DNA of 64,000 nt, taken from the sequence record PZ809289.1; one strand, 5' to 3'. The position numbers and the translations under genes were made by a program. Of this stretch, positions 7,966 to 16,150 are shown in pieces. This stretch comes from a phage. How positions within the stretch are numbered: position 1 is the stretch's first letter; each line of letters starts with the position of its first letter. Below the pieces are notes generated by a model that was not told where the DNA came from, did no database searches, and worked only from the letters and a program-made list of their open reading frames with translations.

Positions 7966-8244
7966 ATGGACCTAAATTCAAAGATTTTAATTCTAGCGTT
8001 CGCTGTGGCCATTTCTTATATTGTTCTTTCGCCTATCATGGATGATGTGGCTTACAAAAGAGAGATAGAGGTTGTAGCAGCGACGTATAATGCTAATAAT
8101 AAAGAGTGTCCTAATAAAAATGGGATGGATTTAATTAAAGCGCATTATATGCTTTCCATTACCTCGCCTATACAGAGGAATTGGGTTGAATATAATTTTA
8201 ACGACGTGTTCTATTCTTATTGTCGTAAGCTTAAAAAGCTATAA
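7966..8244 (+). CDS. Hypothetical membrane-anchored protein (92 aa)
   Basis: Hydrophobic N-terminus ILILAFAVAISYIVL. Confidence 0.5.
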   Translation: MDLNSKILILAFAVAISYIVLSPIMDDVAYKREIEVVAATYNANNKECPNKNGMDLIKAHYMLSITSPIQRNWVEYNFNDVFYSYCRKLKKL

Positions 8245-8247
8245 ATA
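8240..8247 (+). promoter_or_regulatory. T4-type late promoter box TATAAATA
   Basis: Exact TATAAATA about 90 nt upstream of lipoprotein ORF 8337. Confidence 0.4.
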
Positions 8248-8336
8248 ATAATACTAACCGTAGAGCTTTAGCTTTTGGTAATCGCTATCGGTTAAGGCCG
8301 AAAGGCAAATAGTATAAAACAACAAAGGACTTTTGT

Positions 8337-8630
8337 ATGGATATTTTCCGTACAGCGGCTTGTATCCTTATGGCGGGATGTTTAAGCCCTACAGTTTCAC
8401 TAGCAAATAATACCAATGATAAATTGATGGATGCATTTGCTAGTAGTGCGATGCCTGTTTATGCGCAAATGAGTAGACCCAGCGTAAAGGCCTCCGAAGA
8501 CTATTGGGCCTATGTTACGGCTTCCTGGAAGATTTCAAGTTGTCGGACTATAGAAGCGTGCTCAATTGAAGGTCGGGCCATCGGAGAGCGTTATGTAAAA
8601 CTAATGAAGGTGGAAGATGAAGTTCAATGA
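8337..8630 (+). CDS. Predicted lipoprotein (97 aa)
   Basis: Lipobox ILMAGC near N-terminus; RBS AAAGGA. Confidence 0.55.
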   Translation: MDIFRTAACILMAGCLSPTVSLANNTNDKLMDAFASSAMPVYAQMSRPSVKASEDYWAYVTASWKISSCRTIEACSIEGRAIGERYVKLMKVEDEVQ

Positions 8631-9000
8631 TTTCGTACCCGGTCGAGGGTCTGAAGTGGATTCTTATATTGGTTGGCTACTGGTTTCTTTAGCCTATTTT
8701 AAGTCAGCCCATTTAGAAACCAAAAGCTATGCAAGACACAAAGCGTATGACTTCTATTATGTAGAAGTTCAAGGACCGCTGGACCAATTTAGTGAGCAAT
8801 ATCTTGGGTTCAGTGGCAAAGAATATAAAGCATCATTACCGTCTGCTTCAGACTTGCCTAAGGACCCGGTAGATTTTCTTGACGAGCTTCTTAAAGCATC
8901 TGATAAAATCTATGACACCCTTCCTAAGGCCATCCAGTCGACTTTGGACGATATCACTGGCGTCTTTTACCAGACTAAGTATTTGCTGACGTTAGAATAA
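8617..9000 (+). CDS. Hypothetical protein (127 aa)
   Basis: RBS GGTGGA; overlaps upstream ORF end. Confidence 0.5.
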   Translation: MKFNDFVPGRGSEVDSYIGWLLVSLAYFKSAHLETKSYARHKAYDFYYVEVQGPLDQFSEQYLGFSGKEYKASLPSASDLPKDPVDFLDELLKASDKIYDTLPKAIQSTLDDITGVFYQTKYLLTLE

Positions 9001-9005
9001 TCAAA

Positions 9006-9031
9006 GGTCTCACTTCGGTGGGACCTTTTTT
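9006..9031 (+). terminator. Rho-independent terminator (8-bp stem, UUCG tetraloop, U6)
   Basis: GGTCTCAC-TTCG-GTGGGACC followed by TTTTTT. Confidence 0.8.
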
Positions 9032-9040
9032 CGTTTAGGT

Positions 9041-9069
9041 GTTTACATCCTCTAGGAACATGATACTAT
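9041..9069 (+). promoter_or_regulatory. Early promoter (PeSL-like)
   Basis: GTTTAC 9041-9046, TG-extended TACTAT 9064-9069, CCTATCAAC box. Confidence 0.6.
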
Positions 9070-9097
9070 AGACCTATCAACTAATGAGGAGAACAGT

Positions 9098-9334
9098 ATG
9101 AAACTTACAAGTACTACGGTTTCATTAGAATATGAAATCAACGGTCGTATCCTTGAGATTAAGATATTCGACGACCGAAGTATCTTCGCTGATTATCGAG
9201 GATACAGAATTCGTCTAGAAAAGGACGAGCTCAAGGAACCGTGGCTCCTTAAAGACACATTAAAGGGTTGTGGATGTAAACTGAATACTACTCAAGCCCA
9301 AGAATTAATTTCTACTATCAACAAATACTGGTGA
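9098..9334 (+). CDS. Hypothetical protein (78 aa)
   Basis: RBS GAGGAG; first gene after promoter. Confidence 0.55.
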   Translation: MKLTSTTVSLEYEINGRILEIKIFDDRSIFADYRGYRIRLEKDELKEPWLLKDTLKGCGCKLNTTQAQELISTINKYW

Positions 9335-9338
9335 TATT

Positions 9339-9521
9339 ATGTTAACTACTGAACAGATTGAACAAATCCTTAAACTAGCTACTGCTATTGAACGTGATTC
9401 TTATGATAGTGCAGTAGAACATTGCGAAGGCTATTCATATTCCGCAATAGAGCAGTGTAAACGAGATTTGGATAACTCTAAAGCGGCATTGGTTGAGTAT
9501 CTTAATGAGTTGAAAGCATAA
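9339..9521 (+). CDS. Hypothetical protein (60 aa)
   Basis: ORF tightly packed after 9098 gene. Confidence 0.45.
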   Translation: MLTTEQIEQILKLATAIERDSYDSAVEHCEGYSYSAIEQCKRDLDNSKAALVEYLNELKA

Positions 9522-9540
9522 TGGCTGATGGCACAGGAAC

Positions 9541-9642
9541 ATGAAGATGATTTATTACTTAGAACCCTGGGCTTGGTCAACAATGATTATAGGCCCTATT
9601 TTAATCGGTTTATTCTTTTCATGGTTAGTGAGGAAATTGTAA
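9541..9642 (+). CDS. Hypothetical small membrane peptide (33 aa)
   Basis: MKMIYYLEPWAWSTMIIGPILIGLFFSWLVRKL; stop overlaps next start (TAAATG); below ORF-track cutoff. Confidence 0.35.
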   Translation: MKMIYYLEPWAWSTMIIGPILIGLFFSWLVRKL

Positions 9643-9840
9643 ATGTTATACGATCCAAATGGTTGTTCTGAAGATGGTGTGATTGCCCTTTTAGCAGATG
9701 TTGAAGAATCTGACGATGACGTCTTTGTTAAAGATTGGGAAGAAAAAGGTGGAATCACGCTCCAACAAGAAAATGATATGATTTGTCTGAATGCAGACCA
9801 AGTCGAAGAGCTTTATAGTATTTTAAAACATAACCGTTGA
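9643..9840 (+). CDS. Hypothetical very acidic protein (65 aa)
   Basis: ORF; D/E-rich. Confidence 0.5.
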   Translation: MLYDPNGCSEDGVIALLADVEESDDDVFVKDWEEKGGITLQQENDMICLNADQVEELYSILKHNR

Positions 9841-9850
9841 GGAATAGAAA

Positions 9851-10411
9851 ATGATTATTGAAACAACTGAATTGTTTGGCGAACTGTCCGCTGAAGTAGT
9901 TAATAACGCAATTGAGCTTTCACAAGAAGACGATAAAATCGTACTGACTATCGCTGATATTAAACCGCTTTATGATTTAATGGTTTTAGATAGACACGAT
10001 TATCTTAACGGTCGGGCTAGTGCTCCTATCGATATCAATGATGATATGTTTGCCTATATCTATAAAAATGAAACCGGGTTTAATCTGGAAAATGGTATTG
10101 AATGTCTGAGCATCAGCGATTCTGATAAATTCTTTGATTGTATTTTCAAACTGTTCCAGGAAGAATGCAAGCCGGAAGTTGAATGGAAAGTCCCTGGCCA
10201 AGATGCCGTGATTCGTTCTAGTGAAACCTTTGAAGGTGATGAAGAAGAACTGAATTATGATACTGAATTAACCGTGTATCAACATCAGGGCCGTGATTTG
10301 TTATCCTTGACCCAAAGACACGATGGTGAAAGTGAAGTGGTATTTACTAAAGACGAACTAAAAGTTTTAGTCTCTTATCTGAACTCTGTTATCCCAACTA
10401 TGAACTCTTAA
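9851..10411 (+). CDS. Hypothetical acidic protein (186 aa)
   Basis: RBS GAGGAA; strongly acidic composition. Confidence 0.55.
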   Translation: MIIETTELFGELSAEVVNNAIELSQEDDKIVLTIADIKPLYDLMVLDRHDYLNGRASAPIDINDDMFAYIYKNETGFNLENGIECLSISDSDKFFDCIFKLFQEECKPEVEWKVPGQDAVIRSSETFEGDEEELNYDTELTVYQHQGRDLLSLTQRHDGESEVVFTKDELKVLVSYLNSVIPTMNS

Positions 10412-10421
10412 GGAAAATATT

Positions 10422-10874
10422 ATGATTATCAATGCAAACTCTTGGCACGCTAAACTTCATGACCGTTTTTATGACAGTCATTCTCGACCGCACTCTTTAT
10501 GTGCTTACTTCTGGAAAATGGTTTGGGCTTGTTTTGCTTGTGCTGTTGTTGCAGGTAGTACGCTTTTTGGATTAACTGTTGCAGGTGTTGGTGTATTAGA
10601 GCATTTCTTTGTATTAAGTACCCCTGTTCTGTTGAGTCTAGGGTTTGTTTTAGGATTGGTTGCAATAGCTCTTATTATTGCGCTATCCATTGGTTTGGCA
10701 TTAGGTGTGATGAATTTACACGCATGGTATGATGCACGTAGAGAAGAAAAGGAATGGCAACGTATTCAAGCTGAGCGTGAAGGCCGAGAAACTAAAGAAA
10801 ATATCGTTATTCAATACATTAAAGCTCGTAAATCTAAGGTCTGTCCGGTAATCCACTTCGAGGACAAAGAATGA
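10422..10874 (+). CDS. Hypothetical membrane protein (150 aa)
   Basis: Two long hydrophobic segments (VWACFACAVVAGSTLFGLTVAGVGVL..., LLSLGFVLGLVAIALIIALSIGLALGV). Confidence 0.55.
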   Translation: MIINANSWHAKLHDRFYDSHSRPHSLCAYFWKMVWACFACAVVAGSTLFGLTVAGVGVLEHFFVLSTPVLLSLGFVLGLVAIALIIALSIGLALGVMNLHAWYDARREEKEWQRIQAEREGRETKENIVIQYIKARKSKVCPVIHFEDKE

Positions 10875-11881
10875 GAACAGTTATGAAAGGCTACTTCGGT
10901 AGCCACCTTTATGGAACAAGTACTCCGGAATCTGACGTCGATTTTAAAGAAATCTTTGTTCCACATCCGCGTGATATTCTGTTAGGTACGGCTATGAACC
11001 ATACCAACCTGAATACGAATAACACTGCTTCCAAAAACACTAAAGATGATGTTGACCATGAGCTTTACAGCCTGAAATATTTCTTTAAACTAGCGGCTGA
11101 AGGCGAAACCGTTGCTCTGGACATGATTCATACTCCACCTGAACTGGTGGTTAAATCTGATTTACCTGATGTATGGAAATTTATCCAAGACAATCGTTCT
11201 CGGTTCTATACGACTAACATGAAAGCCTATTTAGGGTACGTCCGTAAGCAAGCTTCTAAATATGGTGTTAAGGGTTCTCGACTAGCTGCACTGCGTGGTG
11301 TACTGGCTATTGTTAACCAGATTCCTGAACAGTGGGTCGATTATCAAGAAGATGGTTCGACTAAACAACGTCGTACTAAGGTAGAAGATATTAAACATCG
11401 ACTCCCTGAAAATGAGTTCTGTGAATGGGTATTCCATAACCATGAGAAAACAGGCCCTCAAACGTTCTATACTGTTCTAGGACGTAAGTACCAAACTACT
11501 TTGTCTTTAATCGAGCTCAAGCAATCTCTGAATAAGCTTGATGCTGAATATGGCGAACGTGCTCGTAAGGCTGAAGCTAATGAAGGTATTGACTGGAAAG
11601 CTCTGAGCCATGCTTATCGGGCTGGATATCAATTGTTGGAAATCTACCAAACAGGCGACCTGGTATTCCCATTGCGCGAAGCCTCTATCATTAAGCTGAT
11701 TAAGGCCGGTGAACTTCCATTTAAAGAGGTCCAAGAACTTCTTGAAGACACTGTTGATTTAGTCGAAGTACTGGCTATCCAGGCTCATAAGAACGGTATG
11801 CCTGCTAAGGTAGATATGAAGTTCTGGGACAAGTTTGTTGAAGAGGTATACCTTGACAACCACAACTCTTATTATCGATAA
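10871..11881 (+). CDS. Pol-beta-superfamily (minimal) nucleotidyltransferase-domain protein (336 aa)
   Basis: GSHLYGTSTPESDVDF fits the GS-x9-13-DxD nucleotidyltransferase signature; ATGA coupling. Confidence 0.6.
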   Translation: MRTVMKGYFGSHLYGTSTPESDVDFKEIFVPHPRDILLGTAMNHTNLNTNNTASKNTKDDVDHELYSLKYFFKLAAEGETVALDMIHTPPELVVKSDLPDVWKFIQDNRSRFYTTNMKAYLGYVRKQASKYGVKGSRLAALRGVLAIVNQIPEQWVDYQEDGSTKQRRTKVEDIKHRLPENEFCEWVFHNHEKTGPQTFYTVLGRKYQTTLSLIELKQSLNKLDAEYGERARKAEANEGIDWKALSHAYRAGYQLLEIYQTGDLVFPLREASIIKLIKAGELPFKEVQELLEDTVDLVEVLAIQAHKNGMPAKVDMKFWDKFVEEVYLDNHNSYYR

Positions 11882-11888
11882 CGAAGAA

Positions 11889-12077
11889 ATGAAGGTCTTT
11901 TTATCATATGGAAGACCCCATAAAACCCGACGTTGGTATCTTGAAGCTGTCTGTAAAGAAACCGGACGTCGAGTCAATATCAAGTACGTGTGCAAACCTA
12001 CGCCTAAACAGACAAGACAATTTGTTAACTGGGCTATAAATGATATACGCTTCCATAATTTTTGGAGCGCAATTTAG
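11889..12077 (+). CDS. Hypothetical basic protein (62 aa)
   Basis: ORF between NTase gene and terminator; track start 11835 overlaps upstream gene. Confidence 0.4.
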   Translation: MKVFLSYGRPHKTRRWYLEAVCKETGRRVNIKYVCKPTPKQTRQFVNWAINDIRFHNFWSAI

Positions 12078-12098
12078 GAACCTTCGGGTTCCTTTTTT
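12077..12098 (+). terminator. Rho-independent terminator (GGAACC-UUCG-GGUUCC-U6)
   Basis: Perfect 6-bp stem, UUCG loop, T6. Confidence 0.8.
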
Positions 12099-12118
12099 GG
12101 GTTTAGTGCAAAAAAAGA

Positions 12119-12147
12119 GTTTACACCTTCGTAGAGCATGTTATTAT
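12119..12147 (+). promoter_or_regulatory. Early promoter (PeSL-like)
   Basis: GTTTAC 12119-12124, TATTAT 12142-12147, GACCTATCAA box. Confidence 0.55.
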
Positions 12148-12172
12148 GGACCTATCAAATCTACTGAGTGAA

Positions 12173-13165
12173 ATGGAGAATATAATGTTAACTATCAAAA
12201 TCAACAAAGGTATCTATCGCGGTAATGTAATCTCCGGTACGTTCATGAGTTCAGGTAAAACCTGGTTCCCTAATAAAATTCATGAATCCGAAGCTCACCT
12301 CGGTGATGGTAAGGTATTTGTACAGATTGATGGTGTTGAACGTGGTGTATGGGTGTTCAAATGTGACGTTGAAATGGAAGGTGCTGAAGCTCCTGCAGTT
12401 GTTACTGAATCCGCTGAAGAAATGAAACATCGCATTAACAAACGTTTTAAAGTAATGAACATGATGACTAGTGGAATCATCGATGGTAAAATTCGTTCCC
12501 TTATCATCTCTGGTGCCGCAGGTATTGGTAAAACATATTCTTTGGATAAAGCATTACAGAATGCCCACGAAAATGAAACTATCGAATATAAATCAATCAA
12601 CGGAAAGATTAGTGGAATCGGTCTTTACGAGCAGCTTTGGAATAACCGCGGCCCTAATAGTGTTCTTCTTATTGATGATGTTGATGTATTCTCTGATATG
12701 GATATCCTGAACCTGTTAAAAGCAGCATTGGATACTGGTGAAAAACGTAAGGTGTGCTGGAGCACTTCAAGTTCTTATCTTGATGATAAAAATATCGATA
12801 AAGAATTTGAGTATGAAGGCACCATCGTGTTCATCACCAACGTTGATATTGACCGTGAATTAGAGCGTGGAACTAAACTTGCTCCACACCTCCAGGCTTT
12901 AGTATCTCGTTCAGTTTACTTAGACCTCGGAGTTCACTCTAACGAAGAGATTATGGTTCGTGTTGAAGACGTTATCCTGTCCACTGATATGATGCAAAAC
13001 CGTGGTCTGACTGATGCCGAGACTTACCAAGCTTTAGCATGGATGAAGGCTAATGTATCTCGTCTTCGTAACGTATCATTACGTACAGCTCTTTATCTGG
13101 CGGACTTCATTGCCACCGATAAAAATGACTGGAGCGAAATCGCTGAAGTTACACTTCTGAAATAA
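12173..13165 (+). CDS. P-loop NTPase (AAA-like ATPase) of unknown role (330 aa)
   Basis: Walker A SGAAGIGKT and Walker B VLLIDDVD; ATG 12146 of the track ORF lies inside the promoter -10, so start moved to 12173 after ACTGAG RBS. Confidence 0.6.
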   Translation: MENIMLTIKINKGIYRGNVISGTFMSSGKTWFPNKIHESEAHLGDGKVFVQIDGVERGVWVFKCDVEMEGAEAPAVVTESAEEMKHRINKRFKVMNMMTSGIIDGKIRSLIISGAAGIGKTYSLDKALQNAHENETIEYKSINGKISGIGLYEQLWNNRGPNSVLLIDDVDVFSDMDILNLLKAALDTGEKRKVCWSTSSSYLDDKNIDKEFEYEGTIVFITNVDIDRELERGTKLAPHLQALVSRSVYLDLGVHSNEEIMVRVEDVILSTDMMQNRGLTDAETYQALAWMKANVSRLRNVSLRTALYLADFIATDKNDWSEIAEVTLLK

Positions 13166-13174
13166 GGGTGAATT

Positions 13175-13516
13175 ATGTTTGAACAATTTAGTTATGACCT
13201 TATAAAAGCAGAGTTGAAGTACTCTAATGCCGTGAAACAGTCCGTCGAGGACTATGATAAAGAACTTATCGATGGATATACTAATAGAGTTTATAAAACT
13301 GATTGTGAAGAAGGAGACTACAAGAGACTGCTCTTGGCCGCGAAGACCCAGGCCTTAATAAATCTAGACCGCAAGCAGGTAAAGTTGGCAGGCGACTTCC
13401 GAGATGAACTCTGCGCCATCAGGAATGAATATCGCATTCGTATTGAACACCAACGGAAAGAGAACACCCAATCCGCCTGGTTTAGTGGTCAAGCCGGTGA
13501 AAAAAGTTTCTATTAG
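13175..13516 (+). CDS. Hypothetical protein (113 aa)
   Basis: RBS AAGGGTG. Confidence 0.5.
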   Translation: MFEQFSYDLIKAELKYSNAVKQSVEDYDKELIDGYTNRVYKTDCEEGDYKRLLLAAKTQALINLDRKQVKLAGDFRDELCAIRNEYRIRIEHQRKENTQSAWFSGQAGEKSFY

Positions 13517-13518
13517 TT

Positions 13519-13547
13519 GTTTACATCTCCAGTAGAAATGATACTAT
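13519..13547 (+). promoter_or_regulatory. Early promoter with stem-loop (PeSL-like)
   Basis: GTTTAC 13519-13524, TACTAT 13542-13547, CCTATCAAC, inverted repeat TCTCCAGTAG/CTACTGGAG. Confidence 0.6.
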
Positions 13548-13573
13548 AGACCTATCAACTACTGGAGGTTAAC

Positions 13574-14098
13574 ATGAACGCTAAAGATATTTTTTCACTC
13601 ATCAATTATAACAATGGTAATTTCAAATCCGAAAAACAAAGCAAGTTCTTTAACGACGTTGCTTGTGGTAATGAGATTACTGTATCTGGAGGAGAGATTT
13701 ACAAAAGCCGTTGGAACTGGATTGTTGTCATCGATTCAGTTGGTATTGTAGAGCTCTATAAAAACACTAACAAAAAACGTACTCTTCACTGGAGTCGTGA
13801 AACCAATCAAGCTTATCAAGCTGAACGTAACAAACGTTTAATGCCTACCGAATCTGACCTGGCAAACGTTAAATCTGATATCGCTTATTTCGATAATCTG
13901 ATTGCTGAACAACAAGCAGTTATTGATAAGTTTGACGAAATCAAAGCTTGTAAAGAGATTCCTGAATTTATGCGGGAATCAGTAAACGAACAGTACGCCC
14001 TCACTTCAGGTCGTATCGAGCAGTACAAATCACAACGAGCTGAACGCCAAGCTCTGCTTCATAAATTTGAAGAGCGTTTAAAGACGGTTCTCGCATAA
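13574..14098 (+). CDS. Hypothetical protein (174 aa)
   Basis: ORF after promoter; SD inside hairpin 3' arm. Confidence 0.55.
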   Translation: MNAKDIFSLINYNNGNFKSEKQSKFFNDVACGNEITVSGGEIYKSRWNWIVVIDSVGIVELYKNTNKKRTLHWSRETNQAYQAERNKRLMPTESDLANVKSDIAYFDNLIAEQQAVIDKFDEIKACKEIPEFMRESVNEQYALTSGRIEQYKSQRAERQALLHKFEERLKTVLA

Positions 14099-14161
14099 AC
14101 GCTTTATACCAAGGATGGTATAATGGTTCTAGGTTCTTAATTACTTACTGAGGAAATTATT

Positions 14162-15004
14162 ATGTCACAGGCAATTAATCAAATTCGTTCTGAAGTTAAA
14201 AAAGTTATTAAATTTGGTCGTATTCCACTGAATAAAGAAGTGGTTGAAAAGGTTTTGGCCATGATGTGGGAAAAGTTTGAAGTTTGTATTTCTGTAGATG
14301 AATTCACTAAAATATTTGACAAGACTAAAGGTTTGTTTACGTTAGAAGACCGAGTCATGAAATCTCTTCACAGGGCCGGTATGTTGACTCGTGCTAACGC
14401 CAGAATTATTCTTAGAAATTATAACAAAGGCTATGACCTCTATGGTCGTTTAATTCCAGCGATGTCATTTGATGAAGTTGTTAAAGACCTTCGTACTAAC
14501 CAACGTCGTTTACTAGCACTGGGTGCTCGCCTTGCAAAAGGTCAAGATAAGCAAATGCCATTTAAGACTAATGGTTCAGGCGATTGGATTATCTTTAATA
14601 TTGTCAACCAACCAGGTAACGAAAACGAGTATCTTACTTCAACTTTTAGTGGTTGTCAATATGACAACTGGAAATTCCATCTTCGATTGGCTTTGTCCGA
14701 ACTCGAACGTAGTGGTATTCTTACCTTCGATAATGTTAATACCAGTACAGGCTGGCGTATTAAACTTGTTAAGCCAGGTAATGATGTTAAGAGTCATTCA
14801 GAAGCTCCTAAACCGGAACCTGTACCAGTGCGCAGCAATGAGAAGCACCAAGCTCAAATCGAGTATTTTAGCAATTTGCTTACTTGTCTTAATGTTACAA
14901 TTCAACAACAAGATGATGAGATTTTCCGACTCTCTGGTCTGAATGCTAAAGCCAAGGCTGAACGTCAAAAATATATCGATATCCTAAATCTTCTTAAGGA
15001 TTAA
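14162..15004 (+). CDS. Hypothetical protein (280 aa); leader and first codons shared with ORF 21282
   Basis: RBS ACTGAGGA; N-terminus MSQAI. Confidence 0.55.
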   Translation: MSQAINQIRSEVKKVIKFGRIPLNKEVVEKVLAMMWEKFEVCISVDEFTKIFDKTKGLFTLEDRVMKSLHRAGMLTRANARIILRNYNKGYDLYGRLIPAMSFDEVVKDLRTNQRRLLALGARLAKGQDKQMPFKTNGSGDWIIFNIVNQPGNENEYLTSTFSGCQYDNWKFHLRLALSELERSGILTFDNVNTSTGWRIKLVKPGNDVKSHSEAPKPEPVPVRSNEKHQAQIEYFSNLLTCLNVTIQQQDDEIFRLSGLNAKAKAERQKYIDILNLLKD

Positions 15005-15006
15005 TT

Positions 15007-15222
15007 ATGGAAATTATTGGTTTTATTCTTGCTTATCTTGTGATAGGATTTATTACTGCTTTGATTGCGCATAAAACAGGCGCGTGGAACCCGGTTAAAA
15101 TTGAATCAAGCTATGATGCGGTATTCATTACATTTGTATGGCCAGTATTTTGCTTTGCCTGGTTATGTATGCTAATTCTGTGGCCTATCGCTAAACTCTA
15201 TGAAAAATTATTTGGACTCTGA
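15007..15222 (+). CDS. Hypothetical small membrane protein (71 aa)
   Basis: Two hydrophobic helices; RBS AAGGA. Confidence 0.5.
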   Translation: MEIIGFILAYLVIGFITALIAHKTGAWNPVKIESSYDAVFITFVWPVFCFAWLCMLILWPIAKLYEKLFGL

Positions 15223-15223
15223 T

Positions 15224-16093
15224 ATGAACATTAAAACACGTAAAGAATATTCCATCTATGACCATGACACGACTCGTCGTATCGCTATCGATCGGCTGGC
15301 AGACTTTGGCCATATTTGTAATGGTAATTATACTTATGGTGTAGGTCGTAAAGGGACTTATATTAGTTCTTTGAACGATTATTGCCGTTGCCCTGCTCAT
15401 TTATTTGGTGCAACACTGCGAGCTAATATCAAAGACCTCTTGGCTACCGCAGGACGTATTTCTACGGTTCCTGTCAATATCAAGAATATTAATTTTACGG
15501 CTCGTAACCTAGTCATTAATATTCTGCCTGACGGTATTCAAGTTCGTTTCCGTCCTACCTCAAAAGGTAATAAGGCCCTTCGTGAAGCATTCGAAACCTT
15601 ATTCAGAGAGGCAATGACCCGTATTAAGGCAGTAGAATCATATAAAGTTACAACCGATGAATATGCTGATTGTTTTGAGCGGGCTGATGCAGTGTATTTT
15701 AATGTTAAACTAACTCGTGAATATCTTTTGTCTTATGCCCCTTATCAATCCCAACAAAAGGACCCACAAATGGAACGTCGTATCTCTACCGCATCATATG
15801 GGCCCGTAGGCCAGTATGCAGCCTATGACAAATTCAAAACCACTGCTGTACCAAGCCCATTCAATTCCGAACCGTATCATTGGAAAATTAAACCCGAGAA
15901 TTCTTTGGTGGTTACTAACCCTACGATGAAACCTATCGAGAAGTATCATGAGGACCACCTCCAGGAATCAATCCACCGTTTAAACGGTCAGATCGAAGAT
16001 GAGAAAAAGAGTATCCAAGACGTATTGATTCGCATCAAGAACATGGAACTCCAGCGTGACAAGCTCCGCGCGGCAGTATTAGCTCTAAAATAA
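15224..16093 (+). CDS. Hypothetical protein (289 aa)
   Basis: ATG immediately after upstream stop; track start 15200 overlaps upstream gene. Confidence 0.5.
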   Translation: MNIKTRKEYSIYDHDTTRRIAIDRLADFGHICNGNYTYGVGRKGTYISSLNDYCRCPAHLFGATLRANIKDLLATAGRISTVPVNIKNINFTARNLVINILPDGIQVRFRPTSKGNKALREAFETLFREAMTRIKAVESYKVTTDEYADCFERADAVYFNVKLTREYLLSYAPYQSQQKDPQMERRISTASYGPVGQYAAYDKFKTTAVPSPFNSEPYHWKIKPENSLVVTNPTMKPIEKYHEDHLQESIHRLNGQIEDEKKSIQDVLIRIKNMELQRDKLRAAVLALK

Positions 16094-16094
16094 T

Positions 16095-16124
16095 GTTTAC
16101 ATCCAAGGATGGATGGAGTATAAT
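16095..16124 (+). promoter_or_regulatory. Early promoter-like element (GTTTAC, 18 bp, TATAAT)
   Basis: GTTTAC 16095-16100, TATAAT 16119-16124. Confidence 0.55.
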
Positions 16125-16150
16125 CTTTTAAATCTACTGAGGAGAATATC

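Noticed and set aside
12146-12172. ATG at 12146 as start of the ATPase gene (and ATG 35594 as start of the NTase-kinase gene)
   Set aside because: Both ATGs fall inside the -10 hexamer of the upstream promoter, so they would not be in the locally initiated transcript; the downstream ATGs 12173 and 35624 follow proper SDs
14523-14942. 139-aa alternative-frame ORF inside 14162-15004 (and 29178-29516 inside the 29132 endonuclease gene)
   Set aside because: Nested in a different frame of a longer ORF that has an RBS; no independent support
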